Part shown: positions 19,816 to 28,723 of the stretch, one piece after another
Numbering within the stretch: position 1 is the stretch's first letter
How the letters are laid out: each line of letters begins with the position of its first letter
Source of the DNA: Candidatus Bathyarchaeia archaeon
GTDB taxonomy: Archaea; Thermoproteota; Bathyarchaeia; Bathyarchaeales; Bathyarchaeaceae
Length of the DNA stretch: 64,000 nucleotides
Direction of reading: 5' to 3'
NCBI GenBank assembly: GCA_046760805.1
Contig: JBHIEV010000001.1
Span: 130 to 64,129, forward strand
The notes under the pieces: model-generated
Told to the model about the DNA's origin: nothing
What the model saw: only the letters and a program-made list of their open reading frames with translations
The model's database searches: none
Made by a program: the position numbers and the translations under genes

Positions 19816-20781
19816 TTATATCTTTTGAATTCCGATCTTTGTTCTTAGTACTTTGAACCCCTCTTTTTCCATTGCTACTGCAACCGCCTCTTGCAGTTCT
19901 TTTCCCGGTGTTAACGCTACCATGCATCCTCCACCGCCACCACCAGTTAGTTTTGCCCCATACGCGCCTTGTTCTCGAGCTAAATTGACCAGATAATCCA
20001 ATTCTTTGCAGGAGACTTCGATTCCTTGCAGTAGGCCATGATTTTCGTTCATTAGCCTTCCAACTCTTAGTAAATCAAAATCTTCCAATGCTTTTCTCGC
20101 CTCGAATGCTAGGCGTTCTGCTTGATTGAACAATGGATCATATTTTTCTGGATTCTTTTTCTTTCTTGCTGCAACGCCTGCAACCATTTCTTTCGTGTCA
20201 GCGACGACTCCTGTGTTGCCTATGACAATTTCAACGGGCTTCCTTATGCTCAGTCTTTCAATTGTGTTTGGGCCTCCACTCAAATTCCTCCTGAACCAGA
20301 TTAGCCCTCCGTAGGTTGCTGCGGTGTTGTCGATGCCTGAGGGTGTTCCGGCGTAGGCTTTCTCTGCTTCATAAGCGATTTCGTTGATTTTTTCATCTGA
20401 CATCTTCATTTCAAACTCCTCTGCTATAGCCTTGGCGATTGCAACGCTGCTTGCTGCAGAAGCACCGATTCCGCTGAACCCTGGGAGGTTTCCTCCCAAC
20501 CAAATTTCTAATGATGCCTTCTCTAAGTCGATTCCCATACTTCTAAGCATTCTGTTAATTGACTCTTTTTGTTGGGTCTTCTTCTTTTCAGTGTAGCCTT
20601 TTGCGCTTTGTCTTTCATCCTTTATGGTAATTCCTTGTCCAATTTTTTTCACTTCTGCATCTGTTGTCAGGTCAATCGCAGAGACAATTCCTGGCACGCC
20701 GTGAACAACGAAATGTTCGCCGAACAGAATGACTTTTCCGAAACCAGAACCTCTTCCCATCGAAACCGCCTGAATAATCAA
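19816..20781 (-). CDS. mvk: mevalonate kinase
   Basis: 321 aa. GHMP kinase motifs GKVILFGEHFVVHG and PGFSGIGASAASSVA. Confidence 0.85.
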   Translation of the reverse strand: MIIQAVSMGRGSGFGKVILFGEHFVVHGVPGIVSAIDLTTDAEVKKIGQGITIKDERQSAKGYTEKKKTQQKESINRMLRSMGIDLEKASLEIWLGGNLPGFSGIGASAASSVAIAKAIAEEFEMKMSDEKINEIAYEAEKAYAGTPSGIDNTAATYGGLIWFRRNLSGGPNTIERLSIRKPVEIVIGNTGVVADTKEMVAGVAARKKKNPEKYDPLFNQAERLAFEARKALEDFDLLRVGRLMNENHGLLQGIEVSCKELDYLVNLAREQGAYGAKLTGGGGGGCMVALTPGKELQEAVAVAMEKEGFKVLRTKIGIQKI

Positions 20782-20869
20782 TCATTGCAGAATCCAAATA
20801 AATGGATTATGGAGGTGTTAAAACTGAAATCCTAAACGACGCTTCAGAAACAAAATGCTTACACGTCGT

Positions 20870-21721
20870 CTAACGCCTCATGAATGAGATGGAGGCATAG
20901 CCGACCACGGAAGAATAGTCATGGACGATATCGCCGCTAGTCTTGTAACACAACAACTTCGCTTTCGCGGCACCTAACAACTTCGCCGCCGTAATCAAAG
21001 CCACAACTGGACCATAGCCACACGTGGTAATTCCTCTAGACTCGACTGTGGAATAGTAAAGTTTCTCATCCATCTTTATTGCGGCATCAACAGCCAATCT
21101 ATCCTTTTGCTCAGCCCTTTCCTGAGGCTCGTAGTGTGTCATGTCTGTAGAGGCGATTACCAAGGCGTTCTTCTCAGACAAGGCTTTTGCAACAGCCTCC
21201 CCTACACCACGACTGGATTCTAAGTCTTGCATAAGAAAACAAATAGGCACAATCCTCAGCTTCTGGCCATAGAGGTATTGGAGAAATGGAAGCTGGACCT
21301 CGATTGAATGTTCAAACCTGTGGGCCGAATCGTCGATGTCTATGATGCTAGACTCCTGTACAATCTGTTTAGCCGTCTCAGAATCTATCTCTACGTCTCC
21401 GAGAGGAGTACGCCAGACCCCTTCATCCATCAGCGCAAGTGCGCTTCCGCGTCCAGTGTGATTAGGGCCGAAAATGACAGCTACATCGGGTCTACCGTCT
21501 ATTGCCAGACTGTAATATGAATGTGCAGCTATTGGTCCAGAGTACATATAACCTGCATGTGGGCAGACGAGCCCGACTATGCTTCGAGGGCCTTTCTCCA
21601 CAACCTTAGGAAGTTTTCCAGGTCCAAACTGGTGAGTGAAGCATTTCTCAATTTGAGATTTCAATGCTTCAGTGGTTCCCGCATAGAACATCCCTGCTTG
21701 GCATGGATGTCTAACCTTCAA
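20870..21721 (-). CDS. MEMO1 / AmmeMemoRadiSam-system protein B family
   Basis: 283 aa. [11 protein letters not shown]-terminus, HAGYMYSG, and His/Asp metal-site pattern. Confidence 0.8.
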   Translation of the reverse strand: MKVRHPCQAGMFYAGTTEALKSQIEKCFTHQFGPGKLPKVVEKGPRSIVGLVCPHAGYMYSGPIAAHSYYSLAIDGRPDVAVIFGPNHTGRGSALALMDEGVWRTPLGDVEIDSETAKQIVQESSIIDIDDSAHRFEHSIEVQLPFLQYLYGQKLRIVPICFLMQDLESSRGVGEAVAKALSEKNALVIASTDMTHYEPQERAEQKDRLAVDAAIKMDEKLYYSTVESRGITTCGYGPVVALITAAKLLGAAKAKLLCYKTSGDIVHDYSSVVGYASISFMRR

Positions 21722-22389
21722 CTCTCGTCCTCTTCTCTTGCCAACTTAACCTCGAAATCGTCGATTGATAGACCCATGTCCCCGTCAGGAGGAATTTCCC
21801 CCTTCTCTCTCAATATCTGTCTAGCAAGAAGCCAGTAAATCACGGCGAGGGCTCTTCTCCCCTTGTTGTTGGTGGGGATAACCATATCTATGTTGCGAAA
21901 CTCATTATCTGTGCTGCACAGAGCTATCACCGGTATCCCCACGGTTGAGGCTTCGCTAACTGCTTGTCCGTCTGCTCTGGGATCAGATACGATCACAACA
22001 TCTGGTTCAATGCGGTTCGGATATAGGGGGTTGGATAGTAACCCTGGGATGAAACGCCCAATGATAGGGCGGGCTCCAGTCACTTCGCAGAATCTTTCCA
22101 CTGGACTGCGTGCATATAACCTTGCAGCCACCGCCGCGATTTTGGGCGGCTCAAATCTGGCTAGGAATTTGGCTGCGATTCGTATGCGTTCATCGGTCTT
22201 CTGAATGTCTAGGACGTACAAACCGTCAGGTCTGACGCGGTAAATGAATGATTCTGCGTCCTTCGTTTTCATTCTTGTGCCGATGTGGATTCCAGCTGAC
22301 AGCAGGGTGTCTTGGGGCAGCAAGAGTTCTTCGCTCGGGACACTTGGAGCCTCGGCTTCTTCATTTTTTCTCTCTTCTTCCTCTGACAT
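21718..22389 (-). CDS. rps2: ribosomal protein S2 (uS2)
   Basis: 223 aa. [16 protein letters not shown]...[12 protein letters not shown]. Confidence 0.9.
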   Translation of the reverse strand: MSEEEERKNEEAEAPSVPSEELLLPQDTLLSAGIHIGTRMKTKDAESFIYRVRPDGLYVLDIQKTDERIRIAAKFLARFEPPKIAAVAARLYARSPVERFCEVTGARPIIGRFIPGLLSNPLYPNRIEPDVVIVSDPRADGQAVSEASTVGIPVIALCSTDNEFRNIDMVIPTNNKGRRALAVIYWLLARQILREKGEIPPDGDMGLSIDDFEVKLAREEDES

Positions 22390-22400
22390 GTCTTATTTCC

Positions 22401-23651
22401 TCACAATTTGACAGCAGCCATCTCGGCTCTGTCACTAAGGGTCTCTTCTATTCGGATTAGTTCGTTGATTTTTGATATGCGTGTTCCTCCAATTACGCCC
22501 GTCTTGATTATGGGACAACGGAACGCTACAGCTAGGTGAGCTATATGGGGGTCGGTTGTTTCCCCGGAACGGTGAGACATGATTGTGGTGTATTGTGCTT
22601 TTTGAGCGAGTTGAGTGGTCTGCCAAGCGTCAGTCAGTGTTCCCACCTGATTGGTTTTTATGATTACGGCGTTCCCAGCACCCATTTTTGTTCCCTTCTT
22701 CAATCTCTTCATATTTGTCACAAAAAGGTCGTCGCCACAGACGAGACATTTTCTAGTCTTGTTCGTGAGTTCTACGAAACCTTCGAAGTCTTCTTCGTGG
22801 AAGGGATCCTCAATATAAACAAGGTTGTAGTCTTCGACTAGATGCAACACGAAATCCAGTTGCTCGCCAGAATCTCTTCTAACCCCGTCTCGATCGTACA
22901 CATAATACTTCTCTTTCGCTCTCCATAAGCTGGAAGCCGCTATGTCTAAGCCAACTCTGCACTCAACTCCAGATTCCTTAGAAACTGCCTCACATGCCTC
23001 TAGCATGATTTCCAGGGCTTCTTCGCTCTTCAAATTGGGAGCCCAGGCTCCCTCGTCTCCCCTTCCCCCAGTGAAGCTTTTATCTGCTTTTTGCAGAAGA
23101 GAGCCGGCCTTCTTGTGAACTGCCGTGTTTGCCTTAGCCGCCTCATGGAAGGAATTTGCTTGGAGCGGTAGAACCAAGAACTCCTGTATGTCTGGTGCAT
23201 TTCTGTGTGCGTGTTTTCCTCCGCCTAAGACGTTTCCTAGGGGGTGTGGGAGTTCATTTGCAAGATATCCCGCTAGGTATTCGAATAGTGGCATACCGTA
23301 GGAGGTTGCGGCGGCTTCAGCGGTGGCTAGGGAGATCGCATAGGCTGTGTTTCCACCTATGTTACTGAAGTTCGGGGTTCCATCGAGTTCGTGGAGAAGG
23401 AGGTCAATTTCCTCCTGTTCATCTGCGTTTCTGCCTATCAGTTCTGGGGCTATTAGGTCCTTGACTTTTATTATCGCTTGTTCCACTTCACCCTCTGGAT
23501 AGGCAACCACTTCAGCTTTTCCTTTACTTGCGCCTGTTGGTGCAGAGGCTCTTCCGAATCCTGCGACGGTTGTTACGTCAACCTCTAGGGTCTCTTCTCC
23601 TCTGCTGTTGAAGTTTCTTCTTGCAGTGACGTCCTCGATGACTGTGGACAC
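22401..23651 (-). CDS. eno: enolase
   Basis: 416 aa. NSRGEETLEVDV, SHRSGETTD, IKTGVIGGTR-type motifs. Confidence 0.95.
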   Translation of the reverse strand: MSTVIEDVTARRNFNSRGEETLEVDVTTVAGFGRASAPTGASKGKAEVVAYPEGEVEQAIIKVKDLIAPELIGRNADEQEEIDLLLHELDGTPNFSNIGGNTAYAISLATAEAAATSYGMPLFEYLAGYLANELPHPLGNVLGGGKHAHRNAPDIQEFLVLPLQANSFHEAAKANTAVHKKAGSLLQKADKSFTGGRGDEGAWAPNLKSEEALEIMLEACEAVSKESGVECRVGLDIAASSLWRAKEKYYVYDRDGVRRDSGEQLDFVLHLVEDYNLVYIEDPFHEEDFEGFVELTNKTRKCLVCGDDLFVTNMKRLKKGTKMGAGNAVIIKTNQVGTLTDAWQTTQLAQKAQYTTIMSHRSGETTDPHIAHLAVAFRCPIIKTGVIGGTRISKINELIRIEETLSDRAEMAAVKL

Positions 23652-23666
23652 GTTTACCCTCTCGTA

Positions 23667-23900
23667 CTATACTTGTCTCAGTTGCCTCTTCCTTCCGACT
23701 TCATAGAATTTGAGAACTTCGTCTATGATCTCCACGTGGGATAGGAGCATGCGTCGGCAGCAATATCGTGTTACTTCTAAACTGTCTAGGACTTTTTTGG
23801 GGTCCTCTCCTGCTTTCACTCTTGTTGCGAATTCTTCCCACTTGTCTCCGATCAGCTTGCCACAGGTGAAGCAGCGTACAGGTATGATTATTCTTGCCAA
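23667..23900 (-). CDS. rpoN: DNA-directed RNA polymerase subunit N (Rpb10 homolog)
   Basis: 77 aa. [14 protein letters not shown]...YCCRRML. Confidence 0.9.
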   Translation of the reverse strand: MARIIIPVRCFTCGKLIGDKWEEFATRVKAGEDPKKVLDSLEVTRYCCRRMLLSHVEIIDEVLKFYEVGRKRQLRQV

Positions 23901-24005
23901 TCCCCCTTCCTACTGTTCATAAATCTCAAGAGTAATAAAATAAGTGAAAATGCGCTTTCTATCACGGAATCTCTTCTAAAACAAAACGACGACATCAGAT
24001 TTTAC

Positions 24006-24428
24006 CTATCTGTAGCTCTTCTGATCCCTAGCCCGTGCACTGGGCCCACCAAACTTCTTAGGCTCCTTCCGCCTTGGATCGCCAGATATCATAGATCGGT
24101 CGTACTCCGTGAAGGCAGTCTTAAGCTTGGCGCTCTTAGTCCATTTCAATAGAGCCCTAGCGAGAGCCATCCTTGAGGCCTCCGCTTGTCCCATGAAGCC
24201 TCCGCCAGAAACCTTTACGTCGATATCAATCTGCTTCAATGTCTCCTCGTCTGTTTGCAGGAGGGGCTCCATGATTTTGTCTCGGGCGATTTTGGGTTCA
24301 TAGATTTCGAGGGGAACGTTATTTACACGAATTCTTCCCTTTCCGCTTCTGACTGTTGCCCTGGCGATGGCGGTTTTCCGCTTTCCGCTTGTCAATAGGA
24401 TTCTTTCACGAGTAGGCATGTTATTCAC
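24006..24428 (-). CDS. rps9: ribosomal protein S9 (uS9)
   Basis: 140 aa. [23 protein letters not shown]-terminal KSYR. Confidence 0.9.
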   Translation of the reverse strand: MNNMPTRERILLTSGKRKTAIARATVRSGKGRIRVNNVPLEIYEPKIARDKIMEPLLQTDEETLKQIDIDVKVSGGGFMGQAEASRMALARALLKWTKSAKLKTAFTEYDRSMISGDPRRKEPKKFGGPSARARDQKSYR

Positions 24429-24861
24429 CAGTTGAAGTCCATCCGATCTCCTTCGCTACTTTTCCAACGGTGATGTATGGGCATCTTAGCTTCTCCGCTC
24501 CAGCTTCAGGTATCGTCTGCATCTCTTTATCTTTAAGCTCTTCAGGCACATTAATGAATACTCTGAGTCTTCTGTAGGCTTGCTGTCCCTTTGGTTTCCT
24601 CCGCGGAAGCATTCCTCTTATGGTTCGGCGAACGATTTGTTCAGGCCTTCTGGGATGGAACGGTCCTTTTTTGGGATGTCCGATCTCAAGCTTTCTTTTA
24701 GTTTCCTTAATTCTGCTCAGTCTCTTCCCAGAAATGACCGATTTATCAGCATTCACGATTATGATGTTTTCTCCTTGGAGGAGGCGCTTGGCTATTGTGC
24801 TTGCCATCCTGCCGAGGACGAGTCCGTTTGCGTCGATCACTACAGTCTGCTCTGTGGTCAT
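24421..24861 (-). CDS. rpl13: ribosomal protein L13 (uL13)
   Basis: 146 aa. [23 protein letters not shown]. Confidence 0.9.
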   Translation of the reverse strand: MTTEQTVVIDANGLVLGRMASTIAKRLLQGENIIIVNADKSVISGKRLSRIKETKRKLEIGHPKKGPFHPRRPEQIVRRTIRGMLPRRKPKGQQAYRRLRVFINVPEELKDKEMQTIPEAGAEKLRCPYITVGKVAKEIGWTSTGE

Positions 24862-24867
24862 CGGTTT

Positions 24868-25230
24868 TCACTCAATGATTCTTACGTTTTTGCCTTTTGG
24901 GTTTTTCTCCACCAGTTCTTGGATTGAGAGGCATTTTCCTTTGGATCCTAGGATTTTTGTCTCTGCTTGTTTGGAGAAGGCGAAGGCAGCCACTTTTATG
25001 GGATGGTCGATTTTTCCTGCGCCTAGGACTTTTCCTGGTACAGCCACTGTTTCTCCCTTTTCGGTGTGGCGGTTTAGTTGGCTTAGGTTTACGGTTGCGC
25101 GTCTCTGTCTTGAACGTGCTAGGCGGTCTGCTATGTCACGCCATATTCTTGCTTCGTTTTGTCGTGATTTCTTTTTTAGAGTTCGGATGAGCTTTATCAG
25201 TTCGGGGTTTGTTGTTTTGATCGTTTTCAT
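24868..25230 (-). CDS. rpl18e: ribosomal protein L18e (eL18)
   Basis: 120 aa. NPELIKLIRTLKKKSRQNEARIWRDIA. Confidence 0.9.
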   Translation of the reverse strand: MKTIKTTNPELIKLIRTLKKKSRQNEARIWRDIADRLARSRQRRATVNLSQLNRHTEKGETVAVPGKVLGAGKIDHPIKVAAFAFSKQAETKILGSKGKCLSIQELVEKNPKGKNVRIIE

Positions 25231-26042
25231 TTTTTTGCCGCCTTCAGTTCTTTGGTGAATTCCTGGGATTTTTTGTCGATTATGTTTGTGGCTTCCAGTA
25301 CGATTCTTTCGACTGGGAGGGCGCCTGTGGATTCGATGTCGAAAATGAAGGTTTGCTTATCTGCTTCTACCTTAATGGCAGGGGGTTCTTCTGGGCAGAC
25401 GTCAATGCAGTCCTGACATAGGGTGCATTCATTAATATTTCGGACTTCGATTTTTTTGTTGACTTTTGCGAGGACTCTTTTTGGGCAGATGTCCACACAT
25501 TTCCCGCAGGCATCGCATCTCTTCTTGTCTATCTCGATTTCTGCCATATACCTGTAGGCGCAGTTGGAGACCGGTTGCCATTTAGCGTGGTCTTTCCCTT
25601 TTCCAAGCCTTGCATACGCTTCAAGTTTTATCTTCTGTTCTGGTGCCAGTTTTGCAATTGGGATTTTTTCGCTGACTGGTATGATGTCTGGGTTTTCTGA
25701 GTTTAGATTTCTAGAATAAATCGTCGTTGTGTTTTCTGTGGCTTCAGCTTCAAGTGTTAATGCCACACGGCAGAGGTTGCATCCAAACTCGCTTTTGCAG
25801 GGGCATTCTTCTGGTAGGTTGTAGGTGTCTAGGTCGGTTTTGAGTGGGATGAGGCCTAGTCTGTGCGCAAGGGTTTCGTCGTGGAGCATGGAGGAGTTTT
25901 CTATGACGACGACCTCGTCAATGGCCATGGAGGGAACTTCAGAGAGCATGATTCTGCGTAGCGCGTTCATGAATGGGGTGTCCGCTCCTTTGATGATTAA
26001 CCTAGTGGTTGAGTCGGTCTTTTCAAGGATGCGAACCTCCAT
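25227..26042 (-). CDS. rpoD: DNA-directed RNA polymerase subunit D with ferredoxin-like 4Fe-4S domain
   Basis: 271 aa. Rpb3-like fold plus CDACGKCVDICP and CTLCQDCIDVCP cluster motifs. Confidence 0.9.
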   Translation of the reverse strand: MEVRILEKTDSTTRLIIKGADTPFMNALRRIMLSEVPSMAIDEVVVIENSSMLHDETLAHRLGLIPLKTDLDTYNLPEECPCKSEFGCNLCRVALTLEAEATENTTTIYSRNLNSENPDIIPVSEKIPIAKLAPEQKIKLEAYARLGKGKDHAKWQPVSNCAYRYMAEIEIDKKRCDACGKCVDICPKRVLAKVNKKIEVRNINECTLCQDCIDVCPEEPPAIKVEADKQTFIFDIESTGALPVERIVLEATNIIDKKSQEFTKELKAAKK

Positions 26043-26065
26043 GTTATTTGGTCACTCCAGTACAG

Positions 26066-26074
26066 TTTTTATAT
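26066..26074 (-). promoter_or_regulatory. TATA-like box (ATATAAAAA on the minus strand) upstream of rpoD
   Basis: Lies about 25-32 nt upstream of the rpoD ATG. An own promoter is expected because the upstream operon partner is displaced by the TA cassette. Confidence 0.35.
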
Positions 26075-26246
26075 GGGTGGTGGTGCGTGCTTTCCATAAG
26101 GAGAGAAAGGCATTATTTCAATGTTTTGCCTCTAAAACACTTAAAGAAGTCTCAATCAGATTCGTTTTCTGCCCGCTCGCATAGGATGTGGAAATGTTTT
26201 TATTTTGTTTGCGATTATTATCAATTGTAAACAGAGGTTCCGAGAA

Positions 26247-26567
26247 ATGCAGAAGACAATTGCAGCCCGCATACCTACCGAATTAGAAGAGGAGATAATC
26301 CGTTTTATGCACGAACAGGGTTTAGACAAGTCCCAAGCCATACGCCGAATACTTGAAATCGGCGTGAGCGAATGGAAGAAAAAGAGAGCAATAGAACTGT
26401 ACAGTTCAGAGAAGGTAACCCTCTGGAACGCCTCCCAGATCGCTGGCATGTCCCTCAGAGAGATGATTAATGAGCTAAATAGACTGAGAATAACGACTCA
26501 TGTAACAGCAAAAGACCTAGAAGAGGACATAGAAGCTGCAAAGAAAGCCGAAACCAGACAGCGGTAA
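26247..26567 (+). CDS. putative antitoxin, RHH N-terminus plus UPF0175-like domain
   Basis: MQKTIAARIPTELEEEIIRFM (ribbon-helix-helix-like) followed by AIELYSSEKVTLWNASQIAGMSLREMINEL (UPF0175 pattern). GAGGT lies about 12 nt upstream of ATG 26247. The track ORF opens at 26205. Confidence 0.65.
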   Translation: MQKTIAARIPTELEEEIIRFMHEQGLDKSQAIRRILEIGVSEWKKKRAIELYSSEKVTLWNASQIAGMSLREMINELNRLRITTHVTAKDLEEDIEAAKKAETRQR

Positions 26568-26579
26568 AAGGGTATAAGG

Positions 26580-27089
26580 TTGCAGAAACCCTTCATACTC
26601 AACGCCACACCCATCATATACCTTTGCAAGATAGGCCTGTCAAAGATCTTCACTGAGTTCTCAGAAGAAAAATATACCACACCAAAAGTGTTTGAAGAGG
26701 TAGTAGACAGAGGAAAAATCTCAGGTGCCCGAGACGCCTTCATTGCGGAAGAATTGATCCAACAATCAATGATAACGGTAAAAGACCCCAGTAACGTTGG
26801 CTTCATTAGGAGACTCTCGAGGATACCAGATCTTCACCCTGCTGAAATCCAGGTTCTCGCGCTGGCAAAAGAACTAGAAGGTATAGCCATAATAGACGAA
26901 AGCATTGCAAGAGAAGTCGCACGCATCTACAACATCGAAACCCATGGAACAGCCTACCTCCTATTAAGACTACTCCGTAGGGGAAGGCTCTCAAAGAAAC
27001 AGACCAGAAGGGCCATAGACGAAATGATCACAGCTGGATGGCGCCTAACCGCAGAAGAGTACGCCAAACTAACCAAAGAACTCGAATAG
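26580..27089 (+). CDS. putative PIN-like toxin (DUF3368-type nucleic-acid-binding protein)
   Basis: 169 aa. FILNATPIIYLCKIG...HPAEIQVLALAKELEGIAIIDESIAREVARIYNIETHGTAYLLL matches the DUF3368/PIN-like pattern that pairs with UPF0175. Confidence 0.65.
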   Translation: MQKPFILNATPIIYLCKIGLSKIFTEFSEEKYTTPKVFEEVVDRGKISGARDAFIAEELIQQSMITVKDPSNVGFIRRLSRIPDLHPAEIQVLALAKELEGIAIIDESIAREVARIYNIETHGTAYLLLRLLRRGRLSKKQTRRAIDEMITAGWRLTAEEYAKLTKELE

Positions 27090-27242
27090 CCACCGTTTAG
27101 ATTCCACGATCAGGAGGTTAAGAAGAAAGAAGACTTTCTAGAAGAGGCTATACTTGTCTCTCCTTGTCTCCGCACATTCGGAGCCTATCTGTTTCCTATA
27201 GAAGGCCTAGGTCCAGACGAGGCGCGTACACATGCACTCAGC

Positions 27243-27638
27243 CTAAATTCTACGACCTCTGCGTCCGCCCTTCCTGCGAGTCCCGTCATGGGGAACAGGA
27301 GTAACCTCTTCGATACGGCCGATTCGGAAGCCAGCTCTTGCCAATGCTCGTATAGCAGCTTGAGCACCGGCACCAGGCGTCCTTGCGCCAGATCCTCCGG
27401 GTGCACGAACCTTGATGTGTATGGCGTTCACTCCTCTATCCTTGGCGATTTCAGCTGCGTGAGCTGCAGCCCTCATAGCCGCGTAGGGTGAGGATTCTAG
27501 CCGATCTGCTTTGACAAACATGCCGCCCGAGGTTCTGGCGATGGTCTCTGCTCCTGAGATGTCTGTGATGTGTACGATTGTATTGTTATAGGAGCTGTAG
27601 ATGTGGACGACGGCCCATCTTTCGGACTTCTTGCTCAC
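27243..27638 (-). CDS. rps11: ribosomal protein S11 (uS11)
   Basis: 131 aa. [33 protein letters not shown]. Confidence 0.95.
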   Translation of the reverse strand: MSKKSERWAVVHIYSSYNNTIVHITDISGAETIARTSGGMFVKADRLESSPYAAMRAAAHAAEIAKDRGVNAIHIKVRAPGGSGARTPGAGAQAAIRALARAGFRIGRIEEVTPVPHDGTRRKGGRRGRRI

Positions 27639-28177
27639 GAGGCTTCACCTTCGGTAGCGACACCAACGGACTTTCGTAGAAGATGGTTAGGGTTTGAGAG
27701 GGGGCTCGTAGGAGCATAACCTATCTTCGCTTCTTCATCTCTCAAAACCAGATAGTTGGGAGAAGAGATTCTTCTTCCTCCAATGGCGATATGGCCGTGG
27801 ACGATGAATTGGCGAGCTTGATGCATAGACTTGGCTAAGCCTTTTCGAAAGACGAGTGATTGGAGTCTTCTTTCTAATAGATTTTCTACTGTGAGATCAA
27901 AAACGTCATCCAACTTGGCGTCTTTGGGCAGCATTCCGAGACGATGTAGTCTGTTGAGAAGCTGTTTTTCTCGTTTAATTCTGTCCTTAGATGACATTCC
28001 CAGTAGGGATCTAGCTATTCCTCTAAACTTTGAGATCATGGTTCTGTTGCGCCAGAACTCTTTCTTGTTTCGAAGTCCATACTCACCGATCAATCTGAGT
28101 TCGGTTTGAATGGTGTCTGCTTGCCAGGGAAATCTTGGTGTGTCGTATTTTTTCCGTGGCTTCTTTGGATCTCCCAT
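27635..28177 (-). CDS. rps4: ribosomal protein S4 (uS4)
   Basis: 180 aa. [20 protein letters not shown]4 RNA-binding domain. Confidence 0.95.
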   Translation of the reverse strand: MGDPKKPRKKYDTPRFPWQADTIQTELRLIGEYGLRNKKEFWRNRTMISKFRGIARSLLGMSSKDRIKREKQLLNRLHRLGMLPKDAKLDDVFDLTVENLLERRLQSLVFRKGLAKSMHQARQFIVHGHIAIGGRRISSPNYLVLRDEEAKIGYAPTSPLSNPNHLLRKSVGVATEGEAS

Positions 28178-28178
28178 A

Positions 28179-28643
28179 TCAGACCGGCTTCCGTAGTTCG
28201 CGCTTTTTCTTGACGCCTACTGCCTTTCCTTTCCTTCCTGTTGTTCTTGTGCGTTGTCCCCGTACCTTCAGGCCGTAAGCGTGTCGGATACCTTTCCATG
28301 ACTTTACCTTTCTCATTTGGTCGATGTCGGTTTTCGTTTGGAGAACTAGGTCGGAACCAACTAAGTGAAGATCCTTACCCGTTTCGCGGTCTTTTGAGCG
28401 GTTGAGAAGCCAGTGGGGCACCTGATGTTTGGAGGGGTCCTGTATGACGTCTTCAATTCTTTTAACCTCTGCGTCTGAAAGAAAGCCGAGGCGATTTTCG
28501 GCGTCGACGCCGGCTTTTTCGGCGATGACTTTGGCTAGTCTGATTCCAACGCCCTTAATTTTAGTGAGGGCGTAATCCACTTTGAGGGTGCCGTCTAAGT
28601 CTGTGTCGGCTATTCGAATGATATGTTGGAACTCCTTGGGCAT
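28179..28643 (-). CDS. rps13: ribosomal protein S13 (uS13)
   Basis: 154 aa. FQHIIRIADTDLDGT...KGVGIRLA. Confidence 0.95.
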   Translation of the reverse strand: MPKEFQHIIRIADTDLDGTLKVDYALTKIKGVGIRLAKVIAEKAGVDAENRLGFLSDAEVKRIEDVIQDPSKHQVPHWLLNRSKDRETGKDLHLVGSDLVLQTKTDIDQMRKVKSWKGIRHAYGLKVRGQRTRTTGRKGKAVGVKKKRELRKPV

Positions 28644-28723
28644 CTTCTACCATCTACATCTTTTGAGAGCTAAACTACGGAATAAATCGTATTTTATTTA
28701 AACCTTCCTTTCCCTCTAGTGTT

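Noticed and set aside
22401-23900. Absence of rpoK between rpoN and enolase, where many archaea encode it.
   Set aside because: There is no room for an ORF, since the gap is 15 nt. rpoK may simply be elsewhere. This is not evidence of anything unusual within the window.
23901-24005. 105-bp gap between rpoN and rps9. Checked for a tRNA or a C/D-box sRNA because a CTGATGT...GTGATAG pattern appears on the minus strand.
   Set aside because: There are no canonical C (RUGAUGA) and D (CUGA) box pairs in the right spacing and no cloverleaf. It is probably just a promoter or spacer.
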